Below are positions 1 to 14,752 of a stretch of DNA of 63,059 nucleotides, piece by piece. The stretch comes from Octopus sinensis. Its lineage: Eukaryota. The notes beneath the pieces were generated by a model. That model was not told where the DNA came from and did not search any database. It worked only from the letters and a program-made list of their open reading frames with translations. The position numbers and the translations under genes are program-made. The DNA lies in NCBI RefSeq assembly GCF_006345805.1, contig NW_021832143.1, forward strand, positions 1 through 63,059. Direction: 5' to 3'. How positions within the stretch are numbered: the first letter of the stretch is position 1; every line of letters begins with the position of its first letter.

Positions 1-165
1 TCGGCGAATTTGAACTCAGAACGTAAAGACAGGCGTAATACCTATTTCTTTACTGCCCACAAAGGGCTAAACACAGAGAAGACAAACAAGGACAGACAAA
101 CGGATTAAGTCGATTATATCGACTCCAGTGCGTAACTGGTACTTATTTAATCGACCCCGAAAGGA
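1..165 (-). mobile_element. SINE family A (tRNA-derived) fragment spanning a monomer junction
   Basis: Reverse complement of the family A core and tail (gggtcgattaaataagtaccagttacgcactggagtcgat...tgtttagccctttgtgggcagtaaagaaata|ggtatt); same sequence as plus-strand copies at 44792 and 53149. Confidence 0.9.
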
Positions 166-387
166 TGTGTTTAGCCCTTGTGGGTAGTAAAGAAATAGAA
201 ATAGGTATTTCGTCTGTCTTTATGTTCGGAGTTCAAATTCCACCGAGGTCGACATTGCCTTTCATCTTTTCGAGGTCGATTAAATAAGTACCAGTCAATC
301 ACTGGGGTCGATATAATCGACTTAATCCCCTTGTCTGTCCTTGTTTGTCCTTTCTATGTTTAGCTCCTTGTGGGCAATAAAGAAATA
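166..387 (+). mobile_element. SINE family A fragment (tail1 + core + tail1)
   Basis: B-box-like gagttcaaattcc, core gtcgacattgcctttcatcttttcgaggtcgattaaataagtaccag, tail ...gtgggcaataaagaaata. Confidence 0.9.
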
Positions 388-719
388 TAAAAAAATAACA
401 GTGGAAGCAAAATATACGCCACGAAGTCGTACTCATTTGCAAGTGACGATTAGTCATATACATGTCTATAAATGTATATATATATATTTGTATACATATG
501 AATATACATCTTTTTTGTTCTATTTTCCTTCGCAATTATTTTTGTATGGGCCAAACTTATCGTATGAAATACGCAGACATACACATATTCAGTTAAACCA
601 AAATATGAAAGCATTTATTATGTGAAAATGTAATTTTGTACGGTTTTCGTGTGGGTTCATAGAGCAACTCAATTTATTCATTTAATTTAAAAAGTTAAAG
701 ATGCTTTAATTATAAATAT

Positions 720-734
720 ATACATATACATATA

Positions 735-778
<44 letters not shown>

Positions 779-986
779 ATTATACATAGGTATGCGTATG
801 TGTGTATGCGTGTACACACACATATATATATATATGTATGTATATATATGTACATATATATATATTATATACATATATATATATACATACATGCCCCACA
901 CTCATATATATATGTACATCTATGTATACATATTTATATATTTGTATGTATGTATGTATGTAGGTATGTATGTATGTATCTATGTA

Positions 987-1032
<46 letters not shown>

Positions 1033-1035
1033 AAA
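720..1035. repeat. Compound (TA)n/(TG)n/(TATG)n microsatellite
   Basis: Directly visible. Confidence 0.95.
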
Positions 1036-1808
1036 TGAAAGCAATTCTAAAGCCAACACACGCATGTGTTAAATTCATTTTCCATTTATATTTTCAATTG
1101 TCAAACCTTTATCGTTGCACAATTAACACAGATTCACAATGTGGCCGAGTGAGTAGGTCACGGGCATACAATAGAAATTTTGACGCTTCAAGCGTTTATA
1201 GAAAATTGAATTTTACAGCTTTTTTTTTGTTCGTCTACTTTCTTTCGTGTAAATGTGCTCCGATGGTATAATTGCTTGTATTTGATGAATTCTTGGAGCT
1301 ATTCATCTAATTGTCCAACACAACAACGAAAAATGTTATACTTTAAAAAAAGTATTAGAAAATTCTAGAAAATATATTAATTATCAAGAACGAATTTTTA
1401 ACAAATATTCGTGTGATACTTTAGTTTACCTTTGCAGACATCTTGGTTTCATGCATTTCATCCACTCAAGAGCAGTGGAAAAGAAATTCTAGCCCTCCAG
1501 CATTGAGATTACTCTGACAAATATAATACTTATTTATAAATATTGTTTTGAAGTAATCATGAATTATCTCGTAGCTTGGAGATTCCAAAGATGTAATGGT
1601 CTATTTTTTAAATGCCATTGTAGGGTGGGCGTGAAAACCCGGATTAGATTAGTAAGAACACAAATCTCAGGACACGAAGATTATTTGGGACATATATGGC
1701 TAGATTAAATGCCAAATGATTAAATAACCTTCCTTTACATAATAATTATGCATCTATATTTTGAAGGTTTTATAAAATTAGCATTGCTTGACCAATATTG
1801 TGGGGAGG

Positions 1809-1921
1809 CTTCGCCTTTTGGTCGAACTTGACAGATACTTGACAATTGAGTGTCTGACTATGAGTTCAATTCCGACATAAAGGAGAATTAGATTAAGCTT
1901 TTAAAATATAAAAAAAAAACA
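1809..1921 (+). mobile_element. Short retroposed insert with A-rich tail and 19-bp flanking direct repeat
   Basis: gaccaatattgtggggagg at 1790-1808 and 1922-1940; the insert contains gagttcaattcc (B-box-like) and ends aaaatataaaaaaaaaaca. Confidence 0.55.
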
Positions 1922-3547
1922 GACCAATATTGTGGGGAGGGAGAGAGAGAGCGAGAGAGCAAGTATTTGGTACCAGTTTTATTTATGTGAGATATAATTA
2001 ATATTTTTCTTGTATGCCAAATTTACCTTTTCCAACACATTCTGTGGAAGAACTAGCATAAATCAGTTCAATATATGCAAACCCAATATATGTCTCTGGT
2101 GACAAATTCTATGGGTTAGCATTAAACGTGTTCAACTTCATTCAAATTCATATGAAATTAAATCGGAGAAGTGTTCTAACTAGATGAAGTCTCCAAGCAG
2201 ATTAAATGTACAAGTCTCCGATATCCAAGCGACTAAAAGGAGTCACGTGAAGGGTACTCAGGAGTCACAACCTGGATACAACTCGGCCCCTATGAGTGTA
2301 AGAAGTTAAAGGCCAAAACACTTGCCTGTGGACGGAGTACTTCTTCTCTTAAGTCCTGATGTTTAGCTCGCTTGAGAAATTCTTACCACGGGACAAAATT
2401 GTATTATTTCCAAACATTTAACGCTTATATTCCGAAATCTTCTGAATTATAAATATCAAAATATGCTGGAAACGTATCAAATATATTTGTTAAAATAAAT
2501 ATCTTTCCGAAACTGAAGGCATTGAGAACTCAAAGATATATGTGTTGTATAATTAACTGTATCTCATGATATTTAGCACTTTTATAGTATTCACATAGGT
2601 TTATAAATATGACATGACAAGATGGGATTAAATACGGTTTCGTATGTGCTTTAATAAATTATAATTCAACCAGGATTGTTCTCTTGTTTGATATTTTCTC
2701 AATTCCCCTTGCACTTAGATTTGCTACGATACAATTACAGAATTCGTATTCATTTCAAAGAATACACAACCTCAGATTCTATGAGATATAATGGCAGTGA
2801 GCCGTAATTACCCAGTTTCATTGTCTTCAGTAAAGTGTCATAGAAATTCTGCTGAAGCTGATGGCAAAAGTTATGGTTAGAAAGAAAATGTTTAACAATT
2901 AATGTGTTACAGAATTCCAAGATGAGAATTGTAAAACACAAATTTTATAGAGTCCCTGTATATTCATCTATTTGTATATTAGATTGACTCTTTAAATTCA
3001 TCTCTACAGATTTTCTATAGAATACAGAGACAGCACTGCGAGTCACGACGTTTCGAATCCGAATACGTCTGTGTAAATAATGTGATCGAAAACGCGCATA
3101 CCTACTTTCACATATATAAAGTTTGTTTGTTTCTTCAACGTTTGATTGTGCATTTCTGTCGATTTATAGGTTATTTTTGTTTTCACATGTCAGCTTCTTA
3201 TTTTCATTATTTCACTATTTTTATTATATTTATTATGTTTGGAAATTCATAGCCAAGACAGCATAAAAATATTGCTAGGATCTTTAATGTCAATGTCAAA
3301 ATCTTTAACGATGTGACAGGCGTATGTTTTATTTTAAATACATATAAATTGTCACCTAACATATTTCAGTAACGTAGATATTTAGTTCACGAACAATGGT
3401 AATGTGGAAATTCACACAGCCACATAAGCACACATACGCACGTATGCAATGCACATACACAAATGCTCAAGAGCATTCATACTGATATGTGCTTGCAACG
3501 GTCTTTATATGTATATATATATATATATAATATACATACATTATATA

Positions 3548-3599
<52 letters not shown>

Positions 3600-3646
<47 letters not shown>

Positions 3647-3965
3647 GTATAAACACGCACACATATATATATAAGCATATATACAAATGCGCATACATTT
3701 ATGCAAACGTACATTTATATATCTCTATATTATGTGTAACTATGTGGGCATATACCTATCTTATATATATATACATATGCATATGTATGTATACATATAT
3801 ACAAAATTAAATATAATTATATAGACAGAAAGAAAGATATAGATCGATAGATCGATAGACAGAGAGACAGAAAGATAGATAGATATAGATAGATAGATAA
3901 ATAAATAGATAGATAGATAGATAGATAGATAGATGATAGATAGATAGATAGATAGATAGATAGAC

Positions 3966-4012
<47 letters not shown>

Positions 4013-4119
4013 CAGACAGATAGATAGATAGATAGATAGATAGTTAGATAGATAGATAGTAGATAGATAGATAGATAGATAGACAGCAGATAGATAGATA
4101 GATAGATAGATAGACAGAC

Positions 4120-4200
<81 letters not shown>

Positions 4201-4705
4201 ATATTCTCACCGTTCCACTCAAGAACACCTATGCACACTAGATCCTCACGGCTTGTGATTTTACATTCACTGCGGGTGCATCCTTCATAGAAATTTTACA
4301 TGAGTTCACAACTATGTTGAACCATGTTTCACAGACAACAAACTACGCTCCATAGATGTTTTCCATCCTGTTAACCTGTTCGATCTTCTGTAATACCTGC
4401 GTTCATTCCAGTAGCTTCTTTTATTTGTCTGCGGCCATGCACCAGCATGGCCGTCAAGGATTATTCAATAAATGATATCGATTACTTTACTGAGAACTGT
4501 GTTGGGGTTATTTATCTAGAAAGTTCACCTTTGTATATACATCTAACTATGTGCGCTGAGCGTATGTGGTTATACGTATATATGTATAATATATATATAT
4601 ATGTATAAAACACACATATGCATTATAATATATATGTGTATATGATATATATATATATATATATCTATATATATATATATATAGATATATATACATATAT
4701 ATATA

Positions 4706-4767
<62 letters not shown>

Positions 4768-5039
4768 TGTATATGTATAAACACGCACACATATATATAT
4801 AAGCATATATACAAATGCGCATACATTTATGCAAACGTACATTTATATATCTCTATATTATGTGTAACTATGTGGGCATATACCTATCTTATATATATTA
4901 CATATGCATATGTATGTATACATATATACAAAATTAAATATAATTATATAGACAGAAAGAAAGATATAGATCGATAGATCGATAGACAGAGAGACAGAAA
5001 GATAGATAGATATAGATAGATAGATAAATAAATAGATAG

Positions 5040-5091
<52 letters not shown>

Positions 5092-5092
5092 C

Positions 5093-5139
<47 letters not shown>

Positions 5140-5171
5140 CAGACAGATAGATAGATAGATAGATAGATAGT

Positions 5172-5211
<40 letters not shown>

Positions 5212-5248
5212 CAGACAGATAGATAGATAGATAGATAGATAGACAGAC

Positions 5249-5330
<82 letters not shown>

Positions 5331-5779
5331 ATATTCTCACCGTTCCACTCAAGAACACCTATGCACACTAGATCCTCACGGCTTGTGATTTTACATTCAC
5401 TGCGGGTGCATCCTTCATAGAAATTTTACATGAGTTCACAACTATGTTGAACCATGTTTCACAGACAACAAACTACGCTCCATAGATGTTTTCCATCCTG
5501 TTAACCTGTTCGATCTTCTGTAATACCTGCGTTCATTCCAGTAGCTTCTTTTATTTGTCTGCGGCCATGCACCAGCATGGCCGTCAAGGATTATTCAATA
5601 AATGATATCGATTACTTTACTGAGAACTGTGTGGGGTTATTTATCTAGAAAGTTCACCTTTGTATACATCTAACTATGTGCGCTGAGCGTATGTGGTTAT
5701 ACGATATATGTATATATATATATATTATTGTATAAACTCACACATATGCATTATAAATATATATGTGTATATGTATATA

Positions 5780-5800
<21 letters not shown>
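3600..5800. repeat. ~1.13 kb tandem duplication (unit: TA tract, GATA tract, ~375 bp unique sequence)
   Basis: aaacacgcac at 3651 and 4779; atattctcac at 4201 and 5331; the unique parts differ only by small indels. Confidence 0.95.
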
Positions 5801-5820
<20 letters not shown>

Positions 5821-6030
5821 TCATATATATATACGACTATCTATACACAGACACACATATATATATATATATATATATGTCCATAGCGATTATATGTATA
5901 TAGCTATTCATGTATTATATATATATATATATTATATATATATATAATATATATATATATACATATATACATATGTATATATATGTCTGCGTGTGTGTGT
6001 GTGTGATAAATACATATAGGTTCCTATATA

Positions 6031-7110
6031 TAGGCTCTTCCCATAAATAATACAGTTTGTTTATACTTCTTTTAGTTTTCAAAATTAAGAAAAACAGAAA
6101 TTCTTTTTTAACATAAAATATATTCTCCCTCATTTCCTACAATGATCTTCTATCTTTATGGTCCACTTACAAGGCCCCTCTCACCAAATTCCCGTCTCCG
6201 TGACGAAAAATACTCTTTCAGTACTGTTCTGACCTCGTCTACAGAATTCATATTTTTTCCGTCCAAATGATATTGAAGACTGCGAAATAAATAATATTCA
6301 GATGGAGCAATGTCTAGCAAATATTGTAGTTGGCGCATCGTTTCCTGTTCAAACTGCTCCAGCCTTTGGATTGTCATCCTTGCTGTATGTGACCAAACAT
6401 TACCCTGATGGAAGAAAACCTTTCGTCTTGAGACCAAAATTGGTCGTTTTTCTTCTAGCGCTAAGCTAATCAATAGATCTCATTAATTATCGTTTGGTTT
6501 TCGTTTAAGATTTCAACGTGTACTAAACCTTTCATGTCCCACCAAACAGATAACAACACCTTACGTGGGTGAAGACCTTCGGTAGTCATGGGTGCTTGTG
6601 TTTCTCCTTTCTCTACTCAGTATCTTCGGCGCTTGACATATTTATAGGGAACCCATTTCTCGTCTCCAGTCACTATTCGGTCGTGACACGTGACAACGAA
6701 GAGGAGCACACATTCACTCTCTGCTCGCGAGAAGACACGGAAAATTTATGAGGAGTCTATTGACCCTCTTTACTGACTCATCCGATGGCGCGCACGTGTC
6801 GATAAATGCTTGAATGAGCAAATCCAAGCTTTTCTAGTCTTCCTCAGCAGTTATGATGGGATTTTGTTCCATCGGGGTATGCATGATGCCCTCGTCGAGT
6901 TTTACAGATGTTTCAGGTTGAGGTTTGTCTTCTAGGCTGTAATTTCTGGCTAAGAATTTGTGGCACCACCGTTGACACTGGCTTACCCTTTCTGTCCGAT
7001 CCCCATATACTGCATTAAAATTCTTCCCACTTTCCGTTACAATGTTGCCTTAATTGAACCCATAAAGCAAAATATGCCGAATATGCTCCTTTGTCGCTTA
7101 TATTATAGCT
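6031..7110 (-). pseudogene. Near full-length decayed mariner (DD34D) transposase element
   Basis: Minus-strand pieces: TKEHIRHILLYGFN..AVYGDRTERVSQCQRW..LEDKP (HTH region); the IVTGDEKW motif region near 6655-6680; GLHPRKVLLSVWWDMKGL; LEEKRPILVSRRKVFFHQGN..DIAPSEYYLFRSLQYHLDGK..VDEVRTVL. Many stops and frameshifts; TIR-like taggctcttcccataaataatacag at 6031. Confidence 0.92.
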
Positions 7111-7389
7111 TTGAAAAATTAATAAATTTCGGAATGTCCTCTTCAAAACTTGCACTAAGAATAACTACAAGGTAAACTTACTACCTGCTTTTATATCAAG
7201 TTGATGCAGGTAGTTTATCCAGCTGACTTGAATGACTGTCGCCCTTTCTACTGTCTTTCAAACTTTCGGTGTCGGTAAACTAAGCACCAGCTGAATACTG
7301 GGGATCGATGTAATAAAAAACACCAGTCTCTGCGTAAAAAATGTCAGGCCTTGTGCCTTTAGTAGAAAAGATTATCAATATTGCTTTTA

Positions 7390-7528
7390 ATCATTATTAT
7401 TATTATTATTGTCATGATTAGTATATTTATAATTATAATTATTATTAATATTATTATTTTTGTCGTTGTTACTGTTGTTGCTGCTGTTATCATCATCATC
7501 ATCACAATCATCATCATCATTATTATTA

Positions 7529-7566
<38 letters not shown>

Positions 7567-7619
7567 TTATATTTCATTATCATCATCATCATCATCATCA
7601 CCATCATCACCATCATCAC

Positions 7620-7668
<49 letters not shown>
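7390..7668. repeat. (ATT)n/(ATC)n triplet microsatellite block
   Basis: Directly visible. Confidence 0.95.
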
Positions 7669-8197
7669 GGTGTTGCTGCCGTCAAAGTTATTTATAGAAT
7701 GACATCTTCTTTAAAGAAAGGTGGAAAGTTTTTCAATATACGTGAACTGGAAGCATTTGCAGTCCACGCAAAAACGGCAAAACGATGGGTGGTGCATACA
7801 CACATACACACATTCACACAAACACACGCATGCACAAACACACAACGACCACACGTTTACTGTCGTAGTACCACTGTCCACTTCCACCTATACGATGACC
7901 ACAACAGCAACAACAACAACAACAGCTTCAACCAGCTAGACTATTATCTCGCCACACAACCTATCGAACTGCAACAACAGACGTCGGCAACCATGCAGAG
8001 TGACAGAAGATACATCAGAACAATGACCACTTGGAAACTGCCACCGATACTATGCATTAAACGTCTACTCATGGACACATATAGACATGTACAGGCAACT
8101 ATTTATACATCTCAATATCTAAATATATATATACATTATCAGCGTATATGTGTGGTGTGAGTGTCCTATCTCTTACTCTTTCTCCCGCTATCACGAT

Positions 8198-8242
<45 letters not shown>

Positions 8243-8548
8243 AACACATAGGTATATATATGTGTATGTAGGTGTGTCTCTGACAGTGCCTACATCTAAG
8301 CTTGCGTGTATTTTATACATACTCACATATGCATATATAATTGTATATATATATGTACACAGACACATATATGTATGTATATATATATATATGTGTGTGT
8401 GTATAGATGCATATATGTATATATAGATGCATATATCTATATATATATATATATATATACACACACGCAGGAATATATATGCATATATACATACATATAT
8501 ATATGCAAATATGCATATATATATATATTAATATATAATATATATATA

Positions 8549-8587
<39 letters not shown>

Positions 8588-9496
8588 TGTATATGTATAT
8601 GTATATGTATATATGTATTATATATATATAAACACAAAAGCCGCATACTAATTCGAAGCAACATGTTCCGTTACGAACCGTTTAATTGACCGTTTCACTG
8701 AGTCCAAAAACTTAATAACCACACACGCACACACACACACAACACACACACGTGTATAAATATCTGCATATGTATGTGTTGTGTGTGTGCATGTGTGCGT
8801 GTTGTGTGTGTGTGTGTGTGTTTGTGTGTGTGTGTTGTTTGTGTGTGTGTGTAACGTAACATACGTACATATTAACCTGAATATCGCTCTTTTATTTGAG
8901 AGACGCTTTTGGTAGTTTGACCATATAACCATTTCGTCTTTGCAATGCTCTGCTCCAAAACTTTTCCAAATGTTGGCTTTTATGCAGATACAACTTTAAA
9001 GGAAAGTGAAAAATTCACAAAGAAAAACATAATAAAACTAAATCGACAAATACAGTAGAGAAATAGAAGAAATATAGTTAATCTCCATATTGGAAATTTT
9101 AAGTCAAGAATAAAAAAAGGCAAGCACCGTTTACTGGGTGTCTATGGTTCCCGGTTTGTTGGCTGCGAAAGTCATTGCTGATGTAGAAAATAATCTGATC
9201 AAAACGGTGTGGAAGACAGGAGATAAATTATGTATACGTACATGAATATACATCCACACGTATTCGCCTGTACAGAAGTTTCTCGACGGGAGCCGCCACG
9301 ACGACAACGACGATGGCAACTGTGACGACGACGACGGCGATCACCAGAACCACCACCACCACCAACAACAACAACAAAACAACAGTGTCGCCATCAACGA
9401 ATATAAACATCGCTAACGTTATCGCAACGTCTCCCAATCATGCGTTCGCATAAGCATTAAGGCGACATCCGAAAGGAAGCAATCGCACTCTCACTT

Positions 9497-9540
<44 letters not shown>

Positions 9541-10489
9541 ATATATATATATAATATATATATCAATCTATCTATCTCACTCTCTCTTTCACTGTGTCTA
9601 TTCATCTCTCTCCTTCCCTCACACACACCTTGATACGCTCATACTGACACATTCTTAACCGACCTCTGTGTCTGTTAGCATATTTCTTATACACCGTTTC
9701 GTTGTACCTATGCAATCATATCTTTATACCTATAAATCTACGTATCTGTTTTCTGTCTTACAATCTCTTTCTCTCCGTGTACCTGTCTACGCATCTCCTT
9801 ATCTTCTCGCACAATACATCGTCTCGCTTCTTTCCTTTAGATGTAGATATCTCTATGCGCGTGTATTCACAGGAACGCACACACACGGATGCACATGTCC
9901 TCACATACACACACACACGTACGCACATGTATATAAACGTATACACAGATGACTGGACAAATATCAGAACATGAGATAAAGGCTCTCAACACATTTAGTA
10001 GGCGATGCATAGTATGAACATGAACGAACCGTTTTTTTTTTGTTAAGAGCCTGCGAAACTTTTACTATACATATTTATCATAAAGATACACGAAGTGCCT
10101 ACCTGCTAGAAAGTGGTGTTAAATCCCTCAGCTAAACCACCAACAATACTGAAGAAGTCAACGGTTAACAACAGTAGTCGGGCGAACGGGTAAAAGGCTT
10201 AGGCATACCATCACAGTTAAATGCAATATAGTTTGGCATTTTGATATGCTTGTATCATGATTGCGAATTCTAGAGAAAAAGCCCTAAGTCTCCTCGGCAA
10301 GTTTTACATAGTGAAAATGTTCAACTCGTCCCGCTGAAATCTGCCTGAGCTTTGAATTATTATGTGTAAGACACACATAACTTCCCCATTATGTGTGCCC
10401 CACACATAATAATCAATGGGGCTGTAGTCTGGGAAGTTAGGTGCCGAAATATTAGGTATAAAATGCTCACAGAAATTGTCCGAGAGCCA

Positions 10490-10764
10490 TTACTGAGTTT
10501 CCCTTATTGTGCTGGCATGGTTGAGCGAGAGACCAACAAAACTCCTTGCAACACCACAGATAAGCTGAAGGCTTAATATTAAGGCAACATTCACCAACTT
10601 AAACAAGGAGAAGATCCAGAAGAGTTGCAGGAGATACCGAAGTCGTCTGCAGGCCGTGGTTGAAACCAATGACGATTGTATGGAATAAATTTACTCTTTA
10701 AGTATTTCAATGAAATGAGATGTCAGTGGCATTTTCACTTTTGCATAATTTACGCCGCACCCTG
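10490..10764 (+). pseudogene. 3' end of a Tc1/mariner-superfamily transposase with right TIR
   Basis: GMVERETNKTPCNTTDKLKA, then after a frameshift KATFTNLNKEKIQKSCRRYRSRLQAVVETNDDCME*; ends ...tacgccgcaccctg|TA, which is CAGGGTG on the other strand. Confidence 0.85.
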
Positions 10765-11012
10765 TATATTATATGTATTGATTAATAAATTCTTGGTAGA
10801 AGTTTTACCGCGCGGTAAATATTGCATAGCGGCATTTCTTCTAATACATTTCTCAGTTGAAATACCGCCGAGTTCGAAATTGCCTATCATTTTACAAAGT
10901 CAATGTAATAAATAACAGTTGAAGACTGCGATCGATGTTACCGATGTAACTACTTCCCCGAAACTGATAGTCTTTTGCCAAAATTTAGAACCAATATATT
11001 AGCGATATATAA

Positions 11013-11198
11013 GGCGGCGAGCTGGCAGAAACGTTAGCACATCGGGCGAAATGCTTAGCGGTATTTCGTCTGCTGTTACGTTTTGAGTACAAATTCCGCC
11101 AAGGTCAACTTTGCCTTTCATCATTCCGGGGTCAATCTAATCGACCCCCACCCACAAAAAATAATATTGGGGCCTTGTGTCTAGAGTAAAAAAGAATA
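11013..11198 (+). mobile_element. SINE family A monomer (head + core + tail2)
   Basis: Head ggcggcgagctggcagaaacgttagcac (A box), gagtacaaattcc (B box), tail ggccttgtgtctagagtaaaaaagaat. Confidence 0.9.
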
Positions 11199-11775
11199 TA
11201 TTACCGTTATATTTTAAATTTATTTTTTGAGATAACTGTCTTTGTTCTTTGCAAGAAATGTATTTTGAGGCAGTTACCATGCAAATCGTAGCCATCTTTT
11301 TAAAATTGTTTCTCTTTATACAGAAAAATATAATTTTTTTGTTTTTAGAAACCTAACCGTGTAGTCTAGACTCGGTATATAGCAAAAGTTCCAAAATATT
11401 CAATAATAATACCTGTTGGAAATAAGATCTAAATTCAAAATTATTTCCTTCAGGGTTAAACTCGAAAAACACCGAGTTTTGGGAATAATTGTTTGTTTTC
11501 TTTCTCCGTCTGAACAGAATCAATGGCAAATAACAATACTACTACTACTGCAACTGATCTACTAAAACTACTAATACAATCACCATCACCTCCACCACCA
11601 TCACCAACAACAACATACCACCTCAAAACCCCAACCACCACCACTGACAACATACCCTCACCAAAACCCCCACCACAACCACCAACAACAAAAACACTAC
11701 TACTACGATTTGAAATGGTAGTAGTAGTAGTAGTAATAATGATTCAAATAATAACGATAATAATGACAATAAAAT

Positions 11776-11831
<56 letters not shown>

Positions 11832-11870
11832 GTATATATATAAATATATACCTACATATATATGCATGTG

Positions 11871-11912
<42 letters not shown>

Positions 11913-11949
11913 GTATTCATATGTATACTATTATCATGATATTTTTATA

Positions 11950-12250
11950 ACAATAGCAATAATAATAATAATAATAATAATAATTTGATGTCTTGACCAC
12001 CAGGGCCAAGAAGAAGAAGAAAAAGAAGAAGAAGAAGAAGAAGAAGAAGAAGAAGAAGAAGAAGAAGAAGAAGAAGAAGAAGAAGAAGAAGAAGAAGAAG
12101 AAGAAGAAGAAGAAGAAGAAGAAGACGACGAAGAAGAAGAAAAAGAAGAAGAAGAGGAAGTAGAAGAAGGAGAAGAACAAGAAGAACAACCACAAGAACA
12201 ACTGCTACTAACACAACCACTACTACTACTACTACAACATCAGCAGCAGC
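11950..12250. repeat. (AAT)n/(GAA)n/(ACT)n microsatellite block
   Basis: Long pure (GAA)n run at about 12010-12160. Confidence 0.95.
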
Positions 12251-13209
12251 AACCATGATACTGAACGTAAGACAATATCACTTTTATTTATTTTAACAAG
12301 ATATTCATTATTTGCTATTACAGTTTTTGTTTTATATTTTATTTCTTGTTGATGTTTTCATTGTCGATGTTGTTGTTGTTCTTGTTGTTGATGCTTTCTA
12401 TTTTGGTTCCTCGGAAGATTCGTGAAAATAGTTATATAACGACTATATTGAATTATCCGGACACCGACGTAGACAGGGAGACATTTTGTTTTATGGTATT
12501 CCAGTTATAAAAATAACATTTTATGTCTGGCAAAACTGGTCTCATATTTATGTAATTTACGAATCGTCTTTCTATTGTTGTTGTTGTTGTGTTGTTGTTG
12601 TTGTTGTCATTGCTGCTGTTTGTGTTATTGTTGATTATTGTTTTGATTGCGCTTGATGTTGTAGTTGCTTCTGGTGCAGTCTGTGTGTGTGTGTTCTTAA
12701 GTTTAATATTCCTTGTGTTTGTTAATTTTTGTTCCGATTCTTTAAACACGTTCTGGTTTTTGTCATTGTACCTCTCTTCTCCCCTCTCTGATCTTAGACA
12801 TTCATACAGCCATACACAAACAAACATGTATATATATATATGTGTATATATATATATAATATATGTATGTTTGTATATATATATATAATATATATATATA
12901 TGAGTATGTATGTATATGTGTTTGTATATATGTATATGTATATCTATATATTATGTATGTGTGTATATATATATGTATATATATAGATACATATATGTAT
13001 CTATATGTATATATATATTATATATATATATTCACATTTATGTATGTATATACACAAGTAGAAATACATAAGTATATATATGCGTATACCTATACACACA
13101 TACGCACACATATATAAGTATATATTATATATATATATAATATATATATATATAAATGGAAACACACATACAACCATACACACACACACATACATACATG
13201 CATATATAT

Positions 13210-13259
<50 letters not shown>

Positions 13260-13359
13260 AATATACGCACAGATGTATGTATATACTCAAACAGAAATAC
13301 ATATGTATATACACGTATGCATATACATATACATACATAAATACACACACGCACGCACG

Positions 13360-13392
<33 letters not shown>

Positions 13393-14653
13393 TTGTTTGT
13401 GTACGCATGTATGCAATTTCGCGGTAATAAATTGTACAGCCGTAACAGAAAACATTCCGTTTTGGCGAAAGAATATATTAAAGTTTCGTGTTGAATAATT
13501 TTACTTCTCTCTAATAGAAAAATAATCAAATTTATCTGTATATTAGCTATAGTTGTACGATATATAATTTTAAAGCGTTACACATAAGGAAAGTTAAACT
13601 TTGAGTACGTGTGTGTAGGTTGAATTGCATATATTCGGTATAGAATGTATCAATTTAAGCTATTAGGAAAGTTATTTACAGACATCAGTTTGGATTCCTA
13701 AAATGTTGAGGTATACGAAATTTACACTATAACTTCTATGGCTTGTAGATCTCCCACACAGTTTTCGGAGAAACCAAGGCAGTTTTTCGATATTCCGAGC
13801 TTTTAGAAAAGCTTAAAAATATTTTTTGCTTCAAGTTCGTAATATCGATTCGAACTTGGTACAGTTCAACTTGAACTATTTTCTTTCTTTTCCTTCATTA
13901 CGCTGACTCATCTTCTCTTATTTCCGTGTATAAAATCTTCACCTGTCATGATTCTATCTCTCCTGAATTCGATAACTTTAAAATATCTTTTTATCTCTCA
14001 CCCTTCACGTTTTTATAGAGGGCTGGTAATTGTTTGAAATCTCAGAAATTACTGTTTGCTCCAAATTAAATATATTTTCGTTTATTGGCACCAATTTAAA
14101 TAATGGTATAACATTGTCACAGATGAAGAATTTCAATAATGGTATAGCATCGTCATAGATTAAAAATTTCAAAATCTATTTTGAAGCTTTCTTAACCACG
14201 TGTTAGTCGAACATTGTCGTGTCAGTCGAACTGTGATTGATTCCCACGAATAATGTTTATATTAATCATGATATTCTCTTTAGAATAAGAGCCAGGGATG
14301 TGAATAAACAATTTGTAGATTAAAGTATATAACCAGATTTGCTAATCCGTTTTATTAAATTGTAGCCACTCTCACTAATCTTCAATATAATTATTTAATT
14401 ATTTTGACGGTAGGATAATTCAAAACTTTCAAATTGTGTGTGTTTGTGTATATGAATATGAGTTTGCATATGTGTGTTTCCCCCCACAGAGCTTGATAAC
14501 CAGTGTTGGTGTGTTTATATTCCCGTAACCGCCTACTCGTCAGAGGATACTACAGAATAAGCAACAGGCATACAAAGAATAAATATGTGCATATGTGTGC
14601 ATCTATCTATCCACCTATCTACATATCTGTCTATCTATCTATCTATCTATCTA

Positions 14654-14684
<31 letters not shown>

Positions 14685-14698
14685 ATATATATATATAT

Positions 14699-14750
<52 letters not shown>

Positions 14751-14752
<2 letters not shown>

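Noticed and set aside
1132-1148. 17-nt segment between acacag| and |gtgagt
   Set aside because: Too short to support without transcript data.
1808-1845. Resemblance to the U2 snRNA 5' end (gcttc..gccttttgg)
   Set aside because: The match is limited to about 14 nt, and the U2 branch-pairing sequence GUAGUA is absent.
2780-2960. Possible Tc1 3' remnant (AEADGKSY; end gagtccctgTA)
   Set aside because: Similarity is too slight to call.
3040-3075. Minus-strand cagacgtattcggattcGAAAcgtcgtgac
   Set aside because: May be a very decayed HHR, but the first box has two mismatches and stem I is out of register.
3449-5368. YIYI and YLSI ORFs here and throughout the window
   Set aside because: Translations of (TA)n and (TATC)n microsatellites.
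7359-8160. Poly-I/M/S/L ORFs, also at 11.9, 16.6, 34.7, 40.8 and 54.1 kb
   Set aside because: Triplet microsatellites open in several frames on both strands; no domain content.
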